Part shown: positions 10,121 through 21,300 of the stretch, one piece after another
How positions within the stretch are numbered: position 1 is the stretch's first letter
How the letters are laid out: every line of letters begins with the position of its first letter
From: Macrostomum lignano
Lineage: Eukaryota
DNA length: 64,000 nucleotides
Reading direction: 5' to 3'
Assembly: GCA_002269645.1 (NCBI GenBank)
Contig: NIVC01001075.1
Location: 248,001-312,000, forward strand
The notes under the pieces: generated by a model
The model's input: only the letters and a program-made list of their open reading frames with translations
Databases searched by the model: none
What the model was told of the DNA's origin: nothing
Translations under genes and position numbers: made by a program

Positions 10121-11208
10121 CCTGTAGACAGGGACTGAACACCTGTAGACAGGGACTGAACACTTGTAGACAGAGACTGAACACTTGTAGACAGTGACTG
10201 AACACTTGTAGACAGGGACTGAACACTTGTAGACAGAGACTGAACACTTGTAGACAGAGACTGAACACCTGTAGACAGGGACTGAACACCTGTAGACAGA
10301 GACTGAACACCGGGAGACAGAGACTGAACACCTGTAGACAGAGACTGAACGCTGGGAGACAGAGACTGAACACTTGTAGACAGTGACTGAACACCTGTAG
10401 ACAGGGACTGAACACTTGTAGACAGAGACTGAACACTTGTAGACAGTGACTGGACACTTGTAGACAGAGACTGAACACTTGTAGACAGTGACTGAACACC
10501 TGTAGACAGGGACTGAACACTTGTAGACAGAGACTGAACACCTGTAGACAGGGACTGAACACCTGTAGACAGGGACTGAACACCTGTAGACAGGGACTGA
10601 ACACCTGTAGACAGAGACTGAACACCTGTAGACAGTGACTGAACACCTGTAGACAGGGACTGAACACTTGTAGACAGAGACTGAACACTTGTAGACAGAG
10701 ACTGAACACCTGTAGACAGGGACTGAACACCTGTAGACAGGGACTGAACACCTGTAGACAGGGACTGAACACCTGTAGACAGGGACTGAACACCTGTAGA
10801 CAGGGACTGAACACCTGTAGACAGAGACTGAACACCTGTAGACAGAGACTGAACACCTGTAGACGGAGACTGAACACCTGTAGACAGGGACTGAACACCT
10901 GTAGACAGAGACTGAACACCTGTAGACAGAGACTGAACACCGGGAGACAGAGACTGAACACCTGTAGACAGAGACTGACCTATAGACAGAGACTGAACAC
11001 CTGTAGACAGAGACTGAACACCGGGAGACGGAGACTGAACACCTGTAGACAGAGACTGAACACCGGGAGACAGAGACTGAACACCTGTAGACAGAGACTG
11101 AACACCTGTAGACAGAGACTGAACACCGGGAGACAGAGACTGAACACCTGTAGACAGAGACTGAACGCTGGGAGACAGAGACTGAACACCTGTGCGAGAC
11201 AGGGACTG
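10121..11208 (-). repeat. Same 21-bp minisatellite in inverted orientation (ACAGAGACTGAACACCTGTAG on +)
   Basis: Unit is the reverse complement of the 8.9-9.6 kb unit. Confidence 0.95.
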
Positions 11209-12511
11209 AGCAGCATTAGGTAATGTTGTACACTACCTGTATCCGGGTGTCCAAGTGTAAATACATGGGACTCAATACATGTCAATAAGGTACTGAACAC
11301 CAGAGATTATACATTAAATTAACGAAAAAATAAGATTTATCAGAGGTTGAACCAAATAACTTTAATGTTTTTTATTTTAGTTTGAGTTTTCTTTAACTAA
11401 AAGTTGTCAGATTTTGTTCTCAAGACACCGCTTCAGGGAGACAAACTTGAGCTGAAAGTTGCAGTCAGCCCTCTTCAACTTAAAGTTTGCAACGGTAAAG
11501 CTAGAAAATATTTTCACAAAAGTACACTGCGAGTTACAGACGGGAGTTGCCGGCGCAGTTATTGAATAAAAAACTGTCAATATTCGCTAACTGGCCCGCG
11601 CAATCGAGGTTAAATAGACGAGATTTCAAACAAAATATACAGAAGCAAGCTCACAGAGCTCTGAGCTCGCGGTGTACTGCTTGGTCCAGCAAAGGTAAAA
11701 AAAGCAATATAATGAAGCCAAGATACAAGTGTTACGAACAACAAAAAGAGAGAGAAAAATAAATGTCAATCATATTCAATTTGTTCGCGATTGAGAATAA
11801 ACGATAACTAAACACTATATGCACGAAGTTGAGATCCGTCTGGATGACCTTAAAGCACACTGCTTATTGTGAGATGGAGAGAGATGACGCTAAACATGCA
11901 GTTTATGGATTAGTTAAGTGATGACGCAAGCAACCCCCATATACTGTAGTATTTCCATCATCTTTGAGGCTGATTTGTCAGGCAATTTAATTTTTATAGA
12001 AAACGAACGAGCAGGAGGTAGGGGCTCTTTCAGCACAATGCAGGGTGCAACATTTCTCGAGCAGAAGAATAAAAATATAGCAGAGATTCGTTCGGAGCAG
12101 AGCTGTCTTCTTTAACCACTTGATTATCAACTTGGCTGAATTTTTTGCTGAATGCATCATTATAGGAGAACCTGTCTCTGAAATACCGGCATTTTCTAAA
12201 TAGAAGTCAATAAGCTTGTAAAACTACATTGTACCTAACGCACATTTCTGCCCCTGAATGATCTTCGGAAGTTCACAAGGCGAGGACCTAGCCAATTTAG
12301 CGTGTAGAAAAACATGCAAAAACATTTAGTTCGCAAAGTGCTTCAAGAACTGAAAATAATCTCCTTCGCCAATGCTTTCCGAAACTCGATTTGTTTAATG
12401 AAATTTTCAACACTCCAATCGACAATGGGATTCTATCGAGACGGTGGCGGCATCCTTTGCCACCTCGGTCACCAGGAGTTGCTGGTTAAAAATATAGTTT
12501 AATTGCAAGAG

Positions 12512-14567
12512 TCACCGACAGCCGCAATAATCCACTTCCATGTCGTCGAACGACTTCAGTACGACCTCGTTGTGGCTGCCCTGGTACAGGATCGTCTTGG
12601 GCCGCAGCCTGGCGGGCACGCAGGTTGGCGGGCTGGCCTGGCCCGGCCGGCTGCTGTGCAGCGTCATCTGCAGGATGGCGTGGTTCGTTGCGTTGAACAC
12701 GTCGCTCAGCGGGAACGGGCACTGCCCGGAGCAGGCGCCGGCATCGAAGCCCTGCGGCGCGATGATCCAACTGTCCCAGCCAATCTCGGCGAAGTCGACG
12801 TACAGCGGGCGACGCTGGCAGACCGCGGCCAGGTCTGAGGCCACGTGCGGCAGCTGCTGCCCTGAGGTGCCGCTGCTGTACCGGCGCCTCCTCCTGCCGC
12901 CGCCGCCGCCGCCGTCCCTGCGACGTCTCCTCTGGGCGGAGTGTCGAACTTCTCGACGCTGCCGACTCCGATGGTAAGTGACCAGCTGCGGCGGCTCAGC
13001 AACATCTCGCCGACGTCGAGAGTGAACCGACGTGGCCGGCGTCCAGGTGCCCTCGGCGGCCGGACTCGCGGTCGGACGGCCAGACGGACGGCGATTCGTC
13101 CACGATCGGCTCGGCGGCAGGATTCGAACTCGTGTCTGTCCAGCTGAATGGCGAGTTCGCTGGCTCCGGCTGGAAGCAGGCCGACACCGGCCGGCCGGTC
13201 GCAGAGGTGAGCGGACACCCGGTGAGCGAGGAGGCTGCGACCGCGTCTGTGCAGTTCGAGGCCTCTGCGATGGAGGCGGAGGTGTACAGCCGCCGGCTGC
13301 TCCGTGGCATCCAGCAGAGAAGACGCGTTGAAGTTAGCAAGATCTGGTCTAGGCGTTCCTGTTGCAAGGACGGATGGAAATTGGGATCACTTTTTTGTCT
13401 GCTTTTCGTAGTTCCAGAAAGTTGAAAAGAATTATCCAGTCAACTGACCTGCGGCGTGTGGTTGTGGACGCGAAAATGGATAACTCATGTCCAGCAACTT
13501 TTTCTCTGCGTTTATCCCGGAATCAAGATTCCAGCAGTCATCTCCACAGTGTCTCATGCGGAGGTCTGGACCCTGGCCACCCAGGCTGACCCGCCATCCA
13601 CCTACCCCAGCGACCGCCAGACAGGCACTTCAAATCATAGCATAACGGCACAGTCGGAAATACTTCCAGTTTTGTGTCAGCCATTAAGACCAAAATAATT
13701 CAAGTTGTTATTTTTGTCTCCGAGCTCATTAAGTAGGCTTTTTACTGGTCCCAAGTTTCTTTTGTTAAAATCGAAACACTCGTCCAGATTTTGATCTGAG
13801 GCTTGGATCTTTTTTGTGTCGGGAGGCACCTGCTTCACTAATTACACTGAACTTTCCATTTCGGAGTCAGTCCACGTGTGGCAACACTCTGCTTTGAAAT
13901 TCTGTTCTCATGGTAACGGATGGCAATCTGAGACCTGCGCTTATCGAGAAATCTAAATGTCAAAATAGATTCGTCAATAACTAGGTAAGAAAATTGGAGT
14001 AAATCTGACGCTAAGGACTACTTAACAACATCGTTTTGATAAAAATACATGTAGTCTTTGTCTTCTAGAGTCTTTGTATCATAAATGTTTCTAGCCAGGC
14101 CGTCATTTGACGGTTGCAAAGCTTACTTATGCCAATTTTCAAGGGCTACAGTTCCCGTACCCAGAGATCGGAATTGTTGGCGAGATGGCAAAATCTTGAG
14201 CGGCGAGGCCCACATAAACGAGCTTAATTGACCTCGCAGCTCAACCCGAGCGCTCACCAATAAGTCCGTGGCTCACAACGGAGCTCACAGCGCCGGGAAT
14301 CTCCGGCACGCCATCCTCCGGCCCCAGCCAGATATCCGGTTGGTCTCGCATCAGCCGGTACATCTGGCGCATATGGTCGCTTGTTGATCGCCATGTCGAT
14401 GGCGGCGACGCTGGCGACAGTGTCGGGCGGGCGGCAGCCACGGCCAGCAGTTCGGTAGCGGAGGAGTTCGGCAGCTCGGCTGAGGTAGCCAGCAGCAGCA
14501 GCGACAGAAGCTGCAGCAGCAGCAGCGGCTGTGGCAGCTGAGGCAGCGATACGCGAGTTCGCTGCAT
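12512..14567 (-). CDS. BMP-class TGF-beta ligand precursor; exon 1 14567-14258, exon 2 13358-12512 with a frame discontinuity near 13080-13000
   Basis: Leu-rich signal peptide; prodomain motifs ANFNASSL...VHLRLH and PQLVTY; poly-Arg furin sites; mature domain CQRRPLYVDFAEIGWDSWIIAP...C..C...NATNHAILQ...CVP...DDMEVDYCGCR; donor TTG|GTGAGC, acceptor CAACAG|G. Confidence 0.9.
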
Positions 14568-16621
14568 CTGCGGGGTCCGGTTATAAATTCTCGGTAGACA
14601 AAGTTTCTCTCTAAGCCACTTGCTTGTTTGTGCGTCTGTCTGTCTGCCTTCCTGTCTGTCTGTCTGTCTGGCTTCTCTTGTACGCCTTTATTAGCGAGTC
14701 TGTCTGTCGACTCGAGATAATGCTTTAATTCTCGACCAAAAAAGCACAAGACTACCGCTGGTCTCCAACCAAAACGTAAGGCGGGCTCCGAACTGGCGCC
14801 GGGGCTTTAATTTTTTTGGCGACGACGAGATGGCTGGGGCTGCGAGGGGGAGGCCGCCCTTCCTATGGCGTGACGGCCCCAGGTGGGGGCACGCAGAAGG
14901 GAGAGAAGGGACCGACTTTTGGCACTTGGCCATTGGCTTGAAGCTTTGCGGGAACGGAGTGGGTGGGGCAAGAGGGGAGAAAGAAGCGAATGCCGATTTC
15001 GGCTGCCCACGCTCCTTCGCCTCCCCCTCTCTATCACTCTGAGACATTCTTGCATTACAATGCAATAATGGCCTCCCTGACAGCTCGGAATGGCTCACTT
15101 ATGGTTCAGGCGAGCGGTCACTTCTGACGGCAAAACTTTCCAACGTTATGTCTCTAATTGTTCTAGACGTGACACGTTTACTCAATATTCGAAGCCTCCA
15201 AAAACCTCCTGACTCGCTTCATCACTTTTCGCTTAAGGGTGTATCCGACGATGTCGCGCCCAATTCTGTTTGGCTCGACCCCTCATTGAACAGAGCCCGC
15301 CCGCGGCCTCTCTAAGTGGCCAATGCAGGCTACAATGGTTCGCTGGCCTGAAAGTTATATTGCAGCTGAACAAACGCACTGCACTGGTTTACCGACCCCA
15401 ACGCCTGCAACATCTCTGCAGACGTCTCTGGTCTTTGTTGACTTTTTCTCTGCCATATATCTCTGGAATATATAGATACCACAATGTTGTAACAGCTTGC
15501 GTATAGAACTATAACTTCAGGAAACAAATTCTACACTTGATAGCAAGCTTAAGTTTTACAGCTTTACATATGTTGAGGCTAATTTTAACTGCAAGATAAC
15601 ATTGTCTTATTTATGCTAGGTATTTGACGGCTTGTAATTATAAGAGTCATTTATCGGTCTTCGCGAGTTGTCTTCGACAATCTTTTCGATGAAGGTTTTG
15701 GGATTCGTTAAGCAATTGGCTGTTGCATTCAAAAAGGTGCATAGGGAGGTACAGCTGAAACATGTAGCCATGGAGAGGGTATCACAGACAGGGCTAATGG
15801 CCAATTGTGATGGCAAAATGCCAATCTGCTGTCAGGTGAAGAATTGCAACTGTGTGACAAAACAAACACAAATTATCAGTGAATAAGCCAGCCTGCCAGA
15901 CTGTCGCTATTCCTCCATTTTCAACAAGTTAAATGCGGTTAGACGAACGACAAAAAGGTAGAGCGTGCGGTTGTCTCCCTGCATGGTAATTCATTTCTTT
16001 AGTGCAGTCGTCTCTTTGGGATACTGGCGGGCGTATAGGGATTTTTTATTAACGGTCGGAAGTTTTACTGCGAACAGAATTGTCTCTTAATTGATAATAA
16101 CGTTGCCAACGAGCAACAAATCGAGAGCCTGTTGTTCAAAGTTGTCTTTCATAAATGGATTTGTGACAGCCCCCCATCGGCCCCCCTACTTGACTTCGCA
16201 ACTGGCTCGTGTAAATCATGGCAAGCTGTGCTGACACAAAATCCTGAATTTAACGTTTAGAACTTTTAGTCCTCTCTGCACTACTCCTTTTAGCAGTAGT
16301 ATGTTCGAAATTTGGATAACCAAACAGGGCGATAGTGATCACGGTATGATCACGTCTGGTTGCCAATTACCCGAGCCTGCCAAGCAGTGCGCTTGCACTC
16401 CTCGCATTATTCTGGGCTGCTAGCTAGCTCGTACTTATTGAATCAATTGAATGTCGTAGCATTGTCTTGTTATATTTAATTATATGCCTTGTGAGAAGAC
16501 AAGAAAGACGTTATTCTATATTTTAAACTATCGTAGCTCGTATATTAATAAGATCTTTCGGTTTTCAATGAGTCACATGAGGCCTTTTGGCTTTCTGTTT
16601 GCGAGGCAATAACACCGTGCT

Positions 16622-16833
16622 GGGGGGGCCGTAGCCCAGCGCAGCGGTCTAGCGCAGGCTCTGGTGTGCCAGCGACCCAGGCTCGATTCCAAGTGCAGTC
16701 ACATTAATTTGGGGCTGAATTGGAATCTCGGCTTGGCTCTGCTCGTGCAATTAACGGCCTTGAGAGCCAACCCCCCCAAGGCGCAGTGAAGTGTACATGC
16801 CTAACGATAAAATAAAGTTAGGGCCGCTGTACA
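16622..16833 (+). mobile_element. tRNA-derived SINE-like element
   Basis: A-box-like TAGCCCAGCGCAGCGG, B-box-like GGCTCGATTCC, A-rich segment near the 3' end; second copy at 39275-39390. Confidence 0.7.
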
Positions 16834-19599
16834 CTCCTGTGTGAGTGTGTGCCTGCGTACATATCCGCGCACTTGTGTGCCTGCTCAGGGGAGTCGGCGG
16901 AATGGGCAGTAATGCCTCTCGTCGGTTGTGTGCCTATGTCGCTTAAAGTGCGCCAGGGCACACAACCCCCCTGCCTCTAATAAAAAACACCGTGCATTGA
17001 TTTTTGGACCCTCGCGGGCGTGAATCCAACGTTTTAAGTTAATTTTCCCGAACACTGAATCGAATCCAGTGTTGAATCCAGTGTCCATCAAGAGTATTTG
17101 CCATTCACCTCCATCTGGTTGATCGTCTTAAGATAAGAACATTCAGATATAGGAGGTAGACAATATTTGAATATTGAGAATTACTGATGAGAAAATGCGC
17201 GAGAGAAAAAGGGGAATCGTTGACTGAGGATCCTAATTATTTTGGGATTTTTGTCAGTATCTGATGACGATTCTTATACTCGTAGTCCGTAGTTCAATAA
17301 TATTTATTTGCGACAAAAACAACTTTTCAAAATGCGTAACTTACCAAACTGTTGCCTAACGTGAAGAGTAGCATGTGACCAACAAATATTTTTGTAGAGG
17401 CAAGGATTAGCCGATCGTCGGTCCTGGTTACCAAGGTGGAGTTTTTATACACACTCTTGGGCACCGCCCACACTGCTGTCCTGATGGATTTCTCTTGACT
17501 TGACAGGCAATGAGCGGATGAGGGATTAGCTTGATCAATCTATGAGAAAAGCAAAGCGATCAAGGCTGAGGGGTGCTGGTGGCGTAGAAGCAGTTTAATC
17601 TCAGTAGAGCCAAGAGTGACGCTTAGCCGAGCGGTTCTTTCCAAATATGTCGCGCTCCTTTGGTCAAGAGATCCTCGCCCATGCAGAGGAGTGGCCACTT
17701 ATATGCCCTCGCAGCCGGACAAGAAGTCACGGCGAGAAATAGTAACAGCGCCAAGTGGCGGGCGGTCGACACCTTTGCGGTTGCCGAGGCTGGGCGAGGC
17801 GGAGGAGGCCGGGAGGATGCGCAGAAAAAAGCAAAATAATCAACCGATGCTCTACACCAAAGCCAGCGCCTCCGACAGATAGAGGAACAAAAAAATTAGT
17901 TTAAAGAAGAAGGCAGGACGCGCCCAATTATCCCGGATGGGGAGGCGGCTCTGGAGAGCGAGAGAGGAAGGGGAAAACCAAGGGGAGCTGAGGAATTTAG
18001 GTAGGAACCGCTGGAATAACGGCAGGAGGGGTCGGGAGACGAGCTGCATTGGCTGTGGGGTCCGAGCCGTGGTGGGATGGGGTTTGGAATCGAAGATCAA
18101 GGGCATCGATGCATCAACTGGGACGCCACAAGCGGCGCGTCTTGGCGAGGTCCCCATCGCAAATATCCCACTCTCCCATACAGGCGATCGTTTTCAGCCG
18201 AGCAGAAAGCGAAAGAGTGAGAGTGAGAGAGAGAAAGAGAGAGAGAGAAAGCAAATGTTAGCACAAGTCGTGTAAGTGGCAAGGGGGCGTGCACTGGAGT
18301 GTTTCGCCTTGTTAACACACGTTTTTTCGTATCATCTCTCCCTTCGCTCACTTCATCCTTTTCCTTTCCATAACCGTCTCTTTCAACTTACTTTGGCTTA
18401 GGGTGCTGGCAGAATCAGGAAAAACTTTCACCGCGCATTCTATAGGCGATAGTTTTCTCTTCTGTCCAGCACAAAGGAAATGACCGGAGCCCTTGTTGAT
18501 TGCAGGCGGGAGAGCCCGCGGCGGACCGTGACTGGAATCGGGGGCCGTTTTTCTGCCCAACTGCCCCCCTCTCCTCCTCCTCGCGGCATTTCTTGGGGCA
18601 ACCCGCCAGACAGACTGACGGCAGGTTTGCGCAGCGCGAGCGAACCGGAGAAGGGAAACGCAGCAGAGAGGCTAAGATGAGAGAAAATTCGAGACTTGTT
18701 CGGGGCACGGGACTGGCCTGATGCGTGCGGCCCAGATGCAACCGGCCAGCATGATCCGCGGGACTGATAACGGAGCCAATTATTTTTCTGGGCACAACAT
18801 TGAAGCAGGCGCCTGCAGTAAAAGGCAAACAGTTTGCTTTGCAGTTTACGTCAGCTAATTTTTCACTTTTGGTATAAATCACAGAGTGCTAGTTGAGAGC
18901 AGCTCCGTTCGTACAAGCTGTAGGATTGTTAAAATTTGCACGTCCAAAATTTCTACATTCCAAAACAGTTTTCAGTCTCAACAAAGTCAAAATTTGAAGG
19001 ATAAACTGGCCGGTACTTTTTGACTGCAAACTTTGATCAACTTTGGTTGGATTTTTGTCGTAAAATCCGACACCAGCAGAGCATTGTAAAACACGGGCAG
19101 ACAGAAAATTAAACCTAACACATCTTTCCAGGAGAGTGTAGGAAGCGACGGGTAGCCGCGCAGAATGTCGGGCAAAGAACTGCCGACAAGTTTTTCCCTG
19201 ATTTCTTCTTGCATTTTAATTTAGAACACGAGCTATCATATTGTTATGGTCGCACAACCGGTTCAAGTCTGCAAGACCCTTACTTGGCCTTCATTTTCCG
19301 CCCGATGGGGGTGCAACACCTTTATTAAATGGTTTCCTCTCATTTTCCTAGTCGAGAACATCCAACTAGCGAAACAATCGAGGCAAATACAGACACTTTG
19401 CTGCTCTTTGAAAATGCGGTAACTTTAGCCTAATGGCGATCAGTGATAATCTAAGTCACTGATCTAATCTACCAAAGTACGCGCCCTTTTGCTGCGGCTG
19501 CTAGATGCCACTCATGCCAAGAAACAAAACAGAAGCTCGACGAATGATAGGGGCTCCACTTCAGCCACCTCTTGGCATCTACACATGCACATACAAACC

Positions 19600-20125
19600 T
19601 ACCAAGAGGGGCGTCCACCGAGAGACAGTGGCATCCAAAAAGAGACAGTGGTGTTCACCAAGAGACAGTGGCGTCAACCAAGAGACAGTGGCGTCCACAG
19701 AGATAGTGGCGTCCACCAAGAAACAGTGGTGTCCACGAAGAGACAGTGGCGTCTACGAAGAGACAGTGACGTCAACCAAGAGACAGTGGCGTCAACCAAG
19801 AGACAGTGGCGTCAACCAAGAGACAGTTGCGTCCACAAAGAGACAGTGGCGTCAACCAAGAGACAGTGGCGTCCACAAAGAGACAGTGGCGTCCACAAAG
19901 AGACAAGTGCGTCAACCAACTGACATTTGCGTCTACCAAGAGACGGGTGACGTCCACCAAGAGACAGTGGCGTCAACCATGAGACAGTAGCGTCCACAAA
20001 GAGACAGTGGCGTTCACCAAAAGACCACTGGGGTTCACCAAGAGACAGTGACGTCAACCAAGAGACAGTGGCGTCAACCAAGAGACAGTGACGTCAACCA
20101 AGAGACAGTCTTGCGTCCACCAAAG
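19600..20125. repeat. About 21-bp minisatellite (ACCAAGAGACAGTGGCGTCAA)
   Basis: Direct inspection. Confidence 0.93.
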
Positions 20126-21300
20126 AGACAGTTAATTGGTGCCCACCCAGACATCAAGGCGCTCTTAAAGGAATGCGTCTCCTAAATAATAAATTCTATC
20201 GTACAAGACTGGTGCCAATAAAAGTACACGCATCTTTTTCCCTTAAATTGGTATTCAAGCAAGCAGATCTAAATGTTAGTTGATTGAACTATTGTATGAA
20301 CTAGTACATGCAGTAGTTAGTATTTTTAGCATAAAAACGTACACTTAACACTTGTATATGATGCTGCACAAAAATCTGCATATTTTAATGTTTATATTGC
20401 TCACAATATCGACTTTGACATGTATGTATGTGCTATAAAAATGTATGCATGTGATAGCTTGTTTAGTTATAAAAAGTAAATGATTCTTATTCCATGCATT
20501 CTTATTTAAATGGATTAGGTTTTGTCTTTTGTTCTGAATGCGACAGAAACTAACATACATAGGAAATTCCACATATTGCCCATCATGCATTATAATTCAG
20601 TTTTTCTACTGGTAGTAGCGAGAGAAGCGTATTGCGGAATGGAGAAATACATGTAATACATGACTTATAGTGAGGATCATGTCGAATATGTTGCTCTTTG
20701 AATCTGCAATTACGCCGCTAGATTGCGCAAACATGCATAAAATAAATAAAAGCATTGCAACCGGGAATCTAGACGTGATCCTATTTTGTTTACTTCATGC
20801 TTAGACAGTGGGGCACAACTCTTGGGAAGTGTGGAAAGACTCGACATTTTCATGTATTTTAGAAAAAATCTAACGGCCGAATTTCCAGTTAAAACACGCG
20901 AAATTTTAAAATTAAACAAAAAACAAAAAGTTGCAGAATTTTTTAATGAAAAGAGTTTATATTAGAATATTTTTCAAAATAAAATTAAGCGAGAATTCTT
21001 GTTTTATACAGAAAATTACTTTTAAAGTATGGTTGTACTCAAATGTAGCTTGTTTTTTAAAAAAAGCCTTAGCTAGAGTTGAATTTGCACTTTGCAGGTT
21101 CGTGTCGTGTTTTTTACATTTTCCATGACAAGATTGTATTTTTACGAGAGTGACGCTACTTACTCTTGTCCTATCTCCTGACGCAGACGGTGGCGATTAA
21201 GTGATAACTTTATCAATCGGTACACACTACTTGACTTCAGTTTTTGTGAAATTTTTTACATCAGAGGAACTCAATTTATATTTTGTGAGTATAAAGCACA

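Noticed and set aside
8732-11300. Long QVFSLCL / YRCSVSV ORFs
   Set aside because: Translations of the 21-bp arrays.
16622-16700. Functional tRNA gene
   Set aside because: No complete cloverleaf or terminator; continues into a body shared with a second dispersed copy, so called a SINE.
18500-18721. KRSREAK resembling the JMJD6 N-terminus
   Set aside because: No splice donor; a better first exon with correct phase exists at 21301-21358.
17400-19400. GC-rich segment with several short ORFs, possible TE or gene remnant
   Set aside because: No recognisable motifs or consistent exon chain on either strand.
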